Shown: piece by piece, positions 1-9,131 of the stretch | How the letters are laid out: each line of letters starts with the position of its first letter | Numbering within the stretch: the stretch's first letter is position 1 | Source of the DNA: Planctomycetota bacterium | GTDB lineage: Bacteria > Planctomycetota > B15-G4 | Length of the DNA stretch: 64,000 nt | Direction of reading: 5' to 3' | Assembly (NCBI GenBank): GCA_038212275.1 | Contig: JBBQUR010000003.1 | Coordinates: 64,001-128,000 of the forward strand | The notes under the pieces: generated by a model | Told to the model about the DNA's origin: nothing | Seen by the model: only the letters and a program-made list of their open reading frames with translations | The model's database searches: none | Made by a program: the position numbers and the translations under genes

Positions 1-281
1 CGCAGCGTGGTCAGGCTGGGAATCCTGGACCCGTTCAGTGCGATGGAGAATCCGTCGCTTTTCCCCGCGTCGGCGAAGAGCTCGATCTCGGCCCTGAGCA
101 GATTCACTGGATCGGTCGCGAGTCTGCCGCCCGTGTCCTTGGGGAGCTGCGTCTCGAGCTTGCCCTCGAGCGCCTTGAAGCTGATGGTGGTCAGAAAGAA
201 AATGATGAGCTGGAACACGACATCGATCATCGGTGTCATGTCGGTTTCGACCGCGCCCAGCAGGTGTCGTTTGCTGCTCAT
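1..281 (-). CDS. exbD: ExbD/TolR family biopolymer transport protein (3' end outside window)
   Basis: Manual translation MSSKRHLLGAVETDMTPMIDVVFQLIIFFLTTISF contains the ExbD MTPMIDVVFQLxIFF transmembrane motif; not in the ORF track because it runs off the edge. Confidence 0.85.
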   Translation of the reverse strand, partial: MSSKRHLLGAVETDMTPMIDVVFQLIIFFLTTISFKALEGKLETQLPKDTGGRLATDPVNLLRAEIELFADAGKSDGFSIALNGSRIPSLTTL

Positions 282-687
282 GCTTGCCGAAGCTCCGCAG
301 GCTGGCCGGCCGAGGGATGGCTCCTGCTGAGGAGGATGCCCATCCAGTCGCCAAGGCGCAGCGGTTATCGAACGCGCTCGCCACGCGCTCGCCAAAGGTA
401 GGGAGGTCGGCGCACAGAGCAACGCGGGAGCATCGCACTCGTCGTGAATCCACGCTGCATCCACGCTGCATTCACGCTGAATCGGCGCTGAATCGACCCT
501 GCGGTGGCTCGGCGCAGGCGCTGCGGCTGCTCGCGGGCGGTGCCGCGGTGGCCCGCTCGCCTGACCTCATGCCGTCGCCCGGCACCAGGTGGAGGGCAGG
601 CGCGACGTGCATGCGCCGCCGTGGCTCTCTAACATGTCGGCCGCCGTGCTTCGGGTGCGCGGTGTCCCCTTGAGTCTGGAGTCCTGC

Positions 688-2841
688 GTGAAGCCGCTTG
701 CCCTCGTCCTGCTTGCCCTGTCGATCGTGCCCGCCTGCGCGTCCTCGCCGGCCACTCCCGCCCGCCCCGCAGAAGGCAAGCGCGCGATGGAGATCGCGGA
801 CTTCTACCGCTGCGCGACGCTGGGCGCGCCCGCGCTCTCGCCGGACGGCCGCCTCGTCGCCTTCAGCGTGAAGCACTACGAACTCGAGGCGGGCACGACG
901 TGGTCCGAACTCTGGCTCATGGACGCCGATGGTTCCGACCTGCGCCAGCTGACGAGCGGCATGAGCAGCGACACGGACCCGGTCTTCTCGCCCGACGGCA
1001 GCAGGCTGCTCTTCTCGTCGTCGCGCGACGGTGGCGGCCAGCTCTGGACGCTGCCCGTCGCGGGCGGTGAGCCGACGAAGCTCACCGATTGGAGCCCCGG
1101 CCTTGGCAGCGCCACGTGGTCGCCCGACGGCCGTTGGATCGCCGCGACGAGCGACCTCTTCCCCGAGTGCGGCATCGACCTCGCGTGCAACCAGCGGCAG
1201 GCGGACGGCCTGGAGAACGGCAAGCTCAAGGTGCACGTCGCCGACGACCTGTACTACCGCCATTGGACGGCCTGGGCCGACGGCCGCCGCACGCACATCC
1301 TGTTGATCGACGCGCGCACCGGGAAGGTGACGAAGGACATGACGCCCGGCGACTTCGAGAGCCCGACCTTCTCGCTCGGCGGCCGCGGCTTCGCGTTCTC
1401 GCCCGACAGCAAGGAGCTCTGCTACCTCAGCAACCACGACGCGGACGAGGCGTCCTCGACCAACACCGACCTCTGGGTCGTGCCCGTCGATGGCGAGATC
1501 ACGCCGACCACGGCGAAGAACATCACCGCGGCGAACAAGGGCTACGACACCGCGCCGCTGTACTCGCCCGACGGCCGCTTCATCGCCTACATCAGCCAGG
1601 AAACGCCCGGCTACGAATCCGATCTGAAGCGCCTCGCGGTTTACGACCGCAGCGCGAAGACGACGCGCTACCTCACGGATCGCAGCAGCTTCGACAACTG
1701 GATCGACGACATGCGCTGGAGCGCGGACAGCCGCACGCTGGTCTTCGAGGCGCAGAACCAGGGCCGCAACCCGCTCTACCGCATTCCCGTCGCGGGCGGT
1801 GCGGCCGTCGAGGTGCTGCGTGACGCGTCCATCAGCGGCTGGGAGCTCAGCGACGGCGGCAACGGCGTCGTGTACACGCGCCGCTCGATCTCGCAGCCCA
1901 CCGAGGTCTTCTCCGCGAGCCTCGTGGCGTCCGACCGGCGGCAGCTGACGACGCTCAATGCAGCGATCGAGGCCGAGGTCGACTTCCGTCCCGCCGAGGA
2001 ACTCTGGTTCGAGGGCGACGGCAACTACAAGGTGCACTGCTTCCTCGTCAAGCCGCACGGCTTCGATCCCTCGAAGAAGTATCCGCTCATCCTCAACGTG
2101 CACGGCGGCCCGCAGTCACAGTGGGCCGATTCCTTCCGCGGAGACTGGCAGGTCTATCCCGCGAAAGGCTACGTCGTCGCCTTCTGCAACCCGACGGGCT
2201 CGACCGGCTACGGCCAGGATCTCACCGACGGCATCACGGGCGACTGGGGCGGCCGCGTCTACCGCGACCTCATGAAGGTGACGGACGGACTCGAGCAGCT
2301 TCCCTACGTCGACAAGGATCGCATGGGCGTCATGGGCTGGAGCTACGGCGGCTACATGACCATGTGGATGCAGGGCCACACGACGCGCTTCCAGTGCATC
2401 GCGTCGATGATGGGCGTGTACGACCTCGAGGCGGAATACGGCGCCACGGAAGAGATGTGGTTTCCGGAGCACGACTTCCGCGGCAAGCCCTGGGACAGCG
2501 GCGACTACGAGACGTGGAGCGCGAGCAACCACGTGAAGGACTTCAAGACGCCGGCGCTCGTGATCACGGGTGAGCTCGACTATCGCGTGCCCTACACGCA
2601 GAGCCTGGCCTACTACACCGCGCTGCGGAAGATGGGCGTGCCCGCGCGCCTCGTCGTCTTCCCCAACGCCGGCCACTGGCCGAGCTGGTACGAGATGGCC
2701 TTCTACTACAACGCGCACCTCGACTTCTTCCAGAAGTACCTCGGCGGCGAGGCCGCGCCTTACGACGTCACCGAGCACGCTCGGAATCTCGCCATCGTGC
2801 CCGGCCAGTCGCCGGCTCACGCGGCGGGGCAGACGCACTGA
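688..2841 (+). CDS. S9 family peptidase (dipeptidyl aminopeptidase/acylaminoacyl peptidase-like), exported
   Basis: SPDG beta-propeller repeats, VHGGP, nucleophile motif GWSYGG, D-YRVP and GH catalytic motifs; signal/lipobox-like N-terminus from GTG 688. Confidence 0.92.
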   Translation: MKPLALVLLALSIVPACASSPATPARPAEGKRAMEIADFYRCATLGAPALSPDGRLVAFSVKHYELEAGTTWSELWLMDADGSDLRQLTSGMSSDTDPVFSPDGSRLLFSSSRDGGGQLWTLPVAGGEPTKLTDWSPGLGSATWSPDGRWIAATSDLFPECGIDLACNQRQADGLENGKLKVHVADDLYYRHWTAWADGRRTHILLIDARTGKVTKDMTPGDFESPTFSLGGRGFAFSPDSKELCYLSNHDADEASSTNTDLWVVPVDGEITPTTAKNITAANKGYDTAPLYSPDGRFIAYISQETPGYESDLKRLAVYDRSAKTTRYLTDRSSFDNWIDDMRWSADSRTLVFEAQNQGRNPLYRIPVAGGAAVEVLRDASISGWELSDGGNGVVYTRRSISQPTEVFSASLVASDRRQLTTLNAAIEAEVDFRPAEELWFEGDGNYKVHCFLVKPHGFDPSKKYPLILNVHGGPQSQWADSFRGDWQVYPAKGYVVAFCNPTGSTGYGQDLTDGITGDWGGRVYRDLMKVTDGLEQLPYVDKDRMGVMGWSYGGYMTMWMQGHTTRFQCIASMMGVYDLEAEYGATEEMWFPEHDFRGKPWDSGDYETWSASNHVKDFKTPALVITGELDYRVPYTQSLAYYTALRKMGVPARLVVFPNAGHWPSWYEMAFYYNAHLDFFQKYLGGEAAPYDVTEHARNLAIVPGQSPAHAAGQTH

Positions 2842-2905
2842 GCAGCAGGCGGTCGCGCCCGGCCCGCGAGCGCCGCATCCCGCGGCGGGCGGTCGAAGGG
2901 TCGGA

Positions 2906-3415
2906 TCAGGGCGCCGCGAGCTTGCCTGTCGCGGGGTCGAGCACGAGCGTGCGCGTGGCGTTGCCCTTGGCCACGGTCACGCTGCCGCCGGCCACCGGCA
3001 CACCCTGACCGTTGAAGATGCCGGCCGTGCCCGTCACGCCGAAGGATGCGGACTCGATGCGCACGCCGCGCGGCTGTTCGCTGCGCGTGAAGTCGACGGA
3101 GTATTCGCCGTGGGTGAGCGGGTCGCGGGCCGGCTGACCGTCCTGCGCCACGACGGCGAAGCGCTCCGTGTCCGGGTCGAAGACCACGCCGTGCGGCACG
3201 CCCAGCGAGTAGGCCAGCGTCTGCGCCGTGATGAAGGCGTCCTTCAGCTGGATCTCCGCCATGTCGAGCGCCGCCGCGCCGCCGTCCGCCGTCGCCGGAA
3301 TGCCCGCCACGGCGACGAGGGTGCCGAGCACGATGACGATCACGAGCAACTCGACGAGCGTGAAGCCACGTTGCCGGGTGCCGCCGTCTGCCGGGCGTGT
3401 GTGCATCGGTGCCAT
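2906..3415 (-). CDS. GspH/FimT-like prepilin-type protein
   Basis: RQRG|FTLVELLVIVIVLG class III signal; IFNGQGVP and LDPATGK-type C-terminus. Confidence 0.8.
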   Translation of the reverse strand: MAPMHTRPADGGTRQRGFTLVELLVIVIVLGTLVAVAGIPATADGGAAALDMAEIQLKDAFITAQTLAYSLGVPHGVVFDPDTERFAVVAQDGQPARDPLTHGEYSVDFTRSEQPRGVRIESASFGVTGTAGIFNGQGVPVAGGSVTVAKGNATRTLVLDPATGKLAAP

Positions 3416-3421
3416 GGACGT

Positions 3422-4419
3422 TCAGTCCTTCCAGTAGTCGGTGATGGGCGTCAGCGAGCCGGGCGATGCGGCGGCCGGCACGGTCGCGAGGAAGACGGCC
3501 TCGCTGGCCCCGCCGAGGTTCAGCGCGGGTGACCATTCCGGCGGCTTGCGATCGAAGCCCAGGCGATCGAGCAGCGTCGAGTTCGCCAGCGTGACCTGCA
3601 TGCCCAGCACGTGCCCCGAGAGGGCGCCCTTCTGCAGCAGCGACACGGAGTGCGCCACGACGTCGCCGTGAATCTGGATGCGCGCGCCCGCGGCGCCGCT
3701 GTTCACGCTGCCCTCGGGCATCAGGATCGCCAGTCCTGGCAGCGCACTCGGCGGATCGATGCGCAAGTTGCCGTCCACCAGCAGCCGCGGCGCGGTCGCT
3801 GCGTCGTAGTTTCCGTAGACCGCCTGATCGAGGACCGACGCGGACATCACGGCGCCGTGCAGCACCACGTCGGCGAGCTGGAGCTCGACGCCGGGGCTGA
3901 TCACCAGCAGGCCCGTGATCTCGGCGTGCTCGATGCGCTGCGACGCCGTGATCTGGTAGCGCGGCAGCGTGCCGTCGTAGAGCACGGCCTGCACCTTGGA
4001 GGCCGAGAGCGTCGGCAGCGATCCGGGCCCGGAGGGCACGGAGCTCGGGCTCTGTCTCAGGGCCAGTTCGGCCTTGCGCCGCGTCCGTCGCCGCCGAAGG
4101 ACTCGACGGACACGACCTGATGGCCGCTCGGCTTGGCGGTCACGGCGACCGTCGCCTCGACCTCGCCGACGGGAACGGTGCCCGCGACCGCGCCGTTGCC
4201 GGAGACGATCGACTGGCGCGCCCAGGCGATGCCCGACGAGGCGGCCTCGCGGGAAGCGAGCAGCGCCGGCGACGCCATGCCGCTGCGGCCCGCGACGATC
4301 ACGTGCCGGCCGAAGGTGGCGACGATGCCGGCCATGAAGGCCACCGCCAGCAGCACGGCGAACAGCGTGAAGCCCGCTGCTCCCGAACGTGTCCTCGGGC
4401 TCTTGCCGCGCGTGTTCAT
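3422..4419 (-). pseudogene. PilX/GspK-like prepilin-type protein, frameshifted near 4080 (real lesion or assembly error)
   Basis: Start ATG 4419 overlaps the upstream stop; AAG|FTLFAVLL lacks Glu5; frame stops at 4057, but another frame reads RRKAELALRQSPSSVPSGPGSL into ORF 3422..4039; total span 998 nt. Confidence 0.65.
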
Positions 4420-4934
4420 GGGTGCATCCACCAGGAGAAAGTCTTGACGAGTTCGTTGTCGTGCAGGACCGAGACGTCGAGCCGGTAGATCAGTGCCGAC
4501 TCGGCCGGCAGGCCCTGCGCCGGATCGTCGGCGGTCGGTGTCGACAGATCGTTCAGTGCGTAGATCGACAGCGCGACCGATTGCCGCCAGCCCGTGAAGC
4601 CGCTGGCCACGGTCCCGTCCGCAAGAATCGGCGGCGAGAAGCTCGCGTTCACGAGCGAGTCGAGCGCGACGACGGCCACGCCGCTGGTGGCGCCGGTCGT
4701 TCCCGAGGGCGTGCGCGGCAGGCCGTCGGCAAGCGTCTGGATCTCCTGCGCCAGGAAGGCCGCGGGCCCGGCATCCTGCGCGTATGCAGCCTTGGTGCGG
4801 GTCAGCGCCGACATCGACCACGTCGCGCCGACGAAGGCCGTGCCGATCACGAAGGCGGTGATCAGCAGCTTGGCCATCGTGAATCCGGCCTGGCGCGCCC
4901 GGAGGGCCGGCAGGTGCCTGGCTTGCGGTGTCAT
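4416..4934 (-). CDS. PilV/GspI-like prepilin-type protein
   Basis: RQAG|FTMAKLLITAFVIG class III-like signal; ATGA overlaps with both neighbours. Confidence 0.7.
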   Translation of the reverse strand: MTPQARHLPALRARQAGFTMAKLLITAFVIGTAFVGATWSMSALTRTKAAYAQDAGPAAFLAQEIQTLADGLPRTPSGTTGATSGVAVVALDSLVNASFSPPILADGTVASGFTGWRQSVALSIYALNDLSTPTADDPAQGLPAESALIYRLDVSVLHDNELVKTFSWWMHP

Positions 4935-6475
4935 GGGTCGAGCTCCGCCGTTTCGCCATGCACGGCGCCGAGCCATTCACCCGGAACGCTGGCCTGACTG
5001 GTGATGCCGGTCGATCCGCTCGCGCTCTGCCCGTCGTCCATCGCCAGCGTCAACGAGACCTTCGAGACGGGTTCGTGCTCGACGGTGCGGGAGATGCGCT
5101 GCAGGCCCTTCAGCTTGAAGGGCACGGATGCGGCCGCCGGCTGCAATGCGCCGTAGGCCGAGATGGCCTGGGCCACGCCGGTGTTGCTGGCCGAGCCGAG
5201 ACTTCCCGCGCCGACGAACACCACGCCGGGACCCGCCATGCTCAGCACGAGCGTGTAGGCGCGGCCGGGGAGGATCATCGCGCCGAGCGGCGAGATGTCG
5301 AAGGCGAACTCGACCGGCGTGGCATTGAGGTTCAGCGTGTAGACGCTCGTCGCCGACCAGTGATCGCCGCAGGAGCCGAAGTAGTCGCCGTGGGCCAGGT
5401 GCGCGTCCACGGCGGACGGCGAAATCGTGATCGAGTGGGCGTTGGCCGGGTTGCCCGGCGGCACGTGGCACATGACGACCTTGCCGGAGGCCGTCGTCGC
5501 CGCACATTCCGCCGCACCGTGGTTGTGAGTCGTGTGCGTGCTCATTCCGATGCCGGTGGCTACCCAGCTCGCGCTGCCGAGCGGGAGCGCCTGCGACACC
5601 AGCGTCATCGAAGCCAGCTGCGGCCCCACGGGGCGCGCATCGTCAGGTGCCCGCGCCTCGAAGAGCTGGATGGTCACGTCGGGATACACCTGCGTATCGG
5701 GCTGGGCCGAGCAGGCTCCCAGCAGGTCGCCGTGGGCCAGGTGGGCACTCAGCGCATTGATGCTGATGTTCAGCGAGTGGGCGTTGCCCGGGTTTCCCGG
5801 AGGCACGTGGCAGATCTGCACCTTGTGTCCGCCGCCACCGCCACCGGAAATGGCAATGTTGGGATCGGACGGGATGTTGCCCACATAGGACAGCGAGATG
5901 ACCAGGGTCTCGAGCGCTGCATACACCGTCTTCTCGTCGACACCCTGGACGACGTCGTACTGATCGGGGACGACCGACGACAGCGTGAAGCCGAGCGCCA
6001 GGGGCAGGCCGCTCTCGAGTCCGAGTGTCGTGGGCGAGACGGCGGCGGGCACCTGCCACCAGGTGCGATAGGCATCCACCGGCGTGTCTTCACGCAGCCG
6101 GTGCATGCTCTCCGTCTGGATCGACAGTCCGGCGACGCCCGTGAGCAGCGTGCCGCTCACGCCCGACGGACGCGTCAGGCGCAGCGCGCCGTCGACGACG
6201 GCAAAGCTGGTGCGGCCACCCAGCGCGTCGATCACGTCGAGCTGGGCATCGTCCGGTTGCTCGACCGTCCACGCGTAGCGCGCCATGTCCGTCATGAGGG
6301 CGACGGCTTCTTCGGGGCCCTGATCCGATTCCGCTCGCACGGCCTCGACCTCGCGGCCGAAAAGTCCAAGCGCCTGCGAGAGGCCTGCCACGACCATCGA
6401 CGTGATGGCGGCCACCGCAAGAAGTTCAACCAGGGAGAATCCGGCCGCTGATCGCCGCTGCACTGCCTGCGCCAT
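4931..6475 (-). CDS. PilW/GspJ-like prepilin-type protein with two CHxPPGNP His/Cys motif repeats
   Basis: AAG|FSLVELLAVAAI; two copies of KVxxCHVPPGNPxNAHS...AHLAHGDxxGxC. Confidence 0.75.
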   Translation of the reverse strand: MAQAVQRRSAAGFSLVELLAVAAITSMVVAGLSQALGLFGREVEAVRAESDQGPEEAVALMTDMARYAWTVEQPDDAQLDVIDALGGRTSFAVVDGALRLTRPSGVSGTLLTGVAGLSIQTESMHRLREDTPVDAYRTWWQVPAAVSPTTLGLESGLPLALGFTLSSVVPDQYDVVQGVDEKTVYAALETLVISLSYVGNIPSDPNIAISGGGGGGHKVQICHVPPGNPGNAHSLNISINALSAHLAHGDLLGACSAQPDTQVYPDVTIQLFEARAPDDARPVGPQLASMTLVSQALPLGSASWVATGIGMSTHTTHNHGAAECAATTASGKVVMCHVPPGNPANAHSITISPSAVDAHLAHGDYFGSCGDHWSATSVYTLNLNATPVEFAFDISPLGAMILPGRAYTLVLSMAGPGVVFVGAGSLGSASNTGVAQAISAYGALQPAAASVPFKLKGLQRISRTVEHEPVSKVSLTLAMDDGQSASGSTGITSQASVPGEWLGAVHGETAELDP

Positions 6476-6665
6476 GGGAATGACCTTCGGGAAGTTCCTG
6501 CTCCAGCGACAGGGGCAGTTCGCATTCCCGGAGTGGTGACTTGAGTCGCCTGCCGATCTCCACGCCGCAGCCGGCTGGGCCCGAGGGCGCGCTTGTCGGT
6601 CGGGCGGTCGGAGGCGCAGGGCGAACGCGCCGGTCGGAAGCGCAGGTCGGGAGGGCCGGGCGCCG

Positions 6666-7667
6666 TTACGGCGTCACGGCCTTGACCGCGTTGCTCAGCG
6701 ACACCCCGTGGGGCCCCGCGATGTCCTGGATCGCGAACTGGAAGTAGAGCGTCGTGGCCGACGGGATGCCGGCGGGCCAGATCCATGGAAGTGTGAGCGC
6801 GCCCGAGGCATCGGTCCCCAGGGTGAACATCGCGGTCACCGGCACCGTGGCGAGCACGCCGCCCTTGAACGGCGTCGGCGTGCTGGCCAGCGACAGGAAG
6901 AGCACGGCCAGCGACGACGGCCGTGCGTTCAGCAGCGCGAGATTCCCCGACGAGCCCGCCGCCAGCGTGCCCGTGCCGAGGAGGCACGGAATTCCCGTCA
7001 CGCCGCCGAGCCCGAAGCCCAGAGTGGTCCACGGCCCGCTCGCCGTCGGCCCGGTTAGCAGGCTCACGTTGTCGAGGAACTCGGTGTCCGGGCCATTCAG
7101 GTACTCGGCGCGGATGTACAGGTGCTCGACTGCGGAGAGCACGCACTGCATCTGCTGGGCGCTGGCCGGCGGCCCGGCGATGGCGCCGACCGTCCAGCCC
7201 GTTTCGGACATCGGGATGGAGAAGTGCGTGAAGGCCGGAACCGGCGCGCCGCCGAGCGCGTGCACCAGCGTCAGTCCGCCGCCGATGAGCAGGACGTCCT
7301 CCTGCGTGAAGGCCGGGTAGGTGCTGGAGTTGGCGAGGTCGAGTTCCAGCGAACCGCCGTAGGCAGCCGAGCGATCGCCGAGATAGGCGGCAGGTGCCAC
7401 CCAGTACTGGGCATTGCCTGTCTGCCCCGATCCATCGGGGTCGTTCAGTTTGATGTAGCCGCCGAGACTGGAGACCCAGGTGGGTGAGTAGGTCCCGAGA
7501 ATGGTCGGAGGGAGTGCGCTCGGATAGGGGAGCGTGATGCTCAACCAACCCTCCGCGCCGGAAACGAAGCTGCTCTCGGCGAGTGGTGCGCCGGGGACCT
7601 GAGCCTCCGCGCGCGCCGTGACGAGCGCCGCCGCGGCAAGGACGAGGGACGGGATGATACGCGGCAT
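6666..7667 (-). CDS. Secreted protein with laminin B (IV)-like domain and conserved C-terminal domain
   Basis: Signal peptide ARAEA|Q; YWVAPAAYLGDRSAAYGGSL...LYIRAEY...LDNVSL resembles laminin B; GGAGG RBS. Confidence 0.7.
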   Translation of the reverse strand: MPRIIPSLVLAAAALVTARAEAQVPGAPLAESSFVSGAEGWLSITLPYPSALPPTILGTYSPTWVSSLGGYIKLNDPDGSGQTGNAQYWVAPAAYLGDRSAAYGGSLELDLANSSTYPAFTQEDVLLIGGGLTLVHALGGAPVPAFTHFSIPMSETGWTVGAIAGPPASAQQMQCVLSAVEHLYIRAEYLNGPDTEFLDNVSLLTGPTASGPWTTLGFGLGGVTGIPCLLGTGTLAAGSSGNLALLNARPSSLAVLFLSLASTPTPFKGGVLATVPVTAMFTLGTDASGALTLPWIWPAGIPSATTLYFQFAIQDIAGPHGVSLSNAVKAVTP

Positions 7668-7808
7668 GCTGGCCTCCGGAATTCAGGTGTGTTGGAGGGC
7701 CAGCTCCTCGCCGAGCCCTGAGACTTCATCGGGAGTCGGCCGAGAGTGTGACAGGGCGGGCGCGCGGCCCGTAGACCCTGTCGTGGCCGCGGCCGGACCA
7801 GAAGCGCA

Positions 7809-9128
7809 TCACCTTCCCGGCTCGTGCTCCGGCTCCGTCGGAAAATCCTCCGGCGAGGGGCCCGTCAGCGCGGTGGGGTGGCCCACATACCACTGGTAGG
7901 TGGCGGTCCAGCGCTTGTCCGCGACGAAGTCGCCGGCCTTCAGGCGGCCGCCGAACTCGCGCGCGAGGTCCAGCATCGGGTCGTGCACCGGCTGCGCCAG
8001 CACCCAGGTCGACCACTCGCGGTCCAGCGCAGCCAGGTCGATGCCCTCGAACACCCGCGCCGTGGACTCTGCGAAGTTCTTGCTGTCCTTGAAGTCAGCG
8101 AGCAGCTTCGGGATGAGCTCGCGGTAGCGCTTGTCCACGTGCTGCATGAGGAAGTGCACCATCGACCAGCCTTGCGCGTACGACGCCGCGGGGTTGACGT
8201 AGTACTGCTTCTGCCCGTAGCCGAGCATGGTGCCGAAGCCGACCGTGGCGCCCTCGGCCATCGCGCGGCGCAGCGTGCGCAACCGGAGTGCGTTGAGTTC
8301 GCCGAGGCGGTAGCCGTGCGTGGCGTCGCGATCGCCGTCGCGCGTGGCGGTGGAGAACCAGTCGCCGATGCCCTCGTCCAGCCAGGCCGGCATGTCCACG
8401 ACCGACACCGTGTAGGCGCGGAAGTACTGGTGCCAGCCCTCGTGCGACAGCACGCGCGCCGTGTCCATCGTCCAGGCGTCGGTGATGGCCTCGAACAGCG
8501 GGTCGAGGCGCTGGCGATCGGAAAGCGAGAGCCGGTCCGCGACGCCGATGCGCAGCCCGATCTGCGCGGGCACGTCGCGACTGCCGAGAATGACACCCGT
8601 GTCGAAGGCGACCAGCTCGCCGTGCTCCGGGTCGAAGTAGGCGGCACGGGCGTCGCCCTCCTCGTCGCCGGAGTAGCGCAGATACTCGTCGCGATCGCGG
8701 AAAATCTTCAGCACGAAGTCGTCCTGCGTGCGACGCATCGGCAGGAAGCGCTGGTAGAGATCGAGCATCGCCTCGAGGTGCGCCGCGAGCCGGGTGGCCT
8801 TCACCTTCCCGACCTGGCTCTGCACCTGATAGTGCGCCGTGTTGATCACCACCCAGCCCTCGGGCGGCCGGCTCTTGCCCCACTTGCCGGGGCGCACGAC
8901 GTCGTCGGCCGCGGCACGCGGGGCCGCCGGCACGCAGGCGCGCGCCTCGGGCGCTGCAAACACTGCGATCAGCGCGACTGGGCCGACCGAGCCGACCGAG
9001 CCGGCCAAGCATGCGAAGGCGATCAGCCCGACCGAGCCGAGCGAGCCGAGCGAGATGGCCGAGGCGAGCGAGATGGCCGAGATGGCCGAGGCGACCAGGC
9101 TCCACACGGCGAGCACCGGGCGGCGCAT
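7809..9128 (-). CDS. DUF1570-like zincin metallopeptidase (HEGWH), paralog 2
   Basis: SHEGWHQY, PAWLDEGIGDW, YAQGWSMVHFL motifs. Confidence 0.75.
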   Translation of the reverse strand: MRRPVLAVWSLVASAISAISLASAISLGSLGSVGLIAFACLAGSVGSVGPVALIAVFAAPEARACVPAAPRAAADDVVRPGKWGKSRPPEGWVVINTAHYQVQSQVGKVKATRLAAHLEAMLDLYQRFLPMRRTQDDFVLKIFRDRDEYLRYSGDEEGDARAAYFDPEHGELVAFDTGVILGSRDVPAQIGLRIGVADRLSLSDRQRLDPLFEAITDAWTMDTARVLSHEGWHQYFRAYTVSVVDMPAWLDEGIGDWFSTATRDGDRDATHGYRLGELNALRLRTLRRAMAEGATVGFGTMLGYGQKQYYVNPAASYAQGWSMVHFLMQHVDKRYRELIPKLLADFKDSKNFAESTARVFEGIDLAALDREWSTWVLAQPVHDPMLDLAREFGGRLKAGDFVADKRWTATYQWYVGHPTALTGPSPEDFPTEPEHEPGR

Positions 9129-9131
9129 CTC

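Noticed and set aside
472..2838. Long antisense and alternate-frame ORFs here and throughout (e.g. 7824..10520, 31747..34017, 41233..44220)
   Set aside because: Shadow ORFs expected at this GC content; Arg/Ala/Pro-rich and overlapping clear genes.
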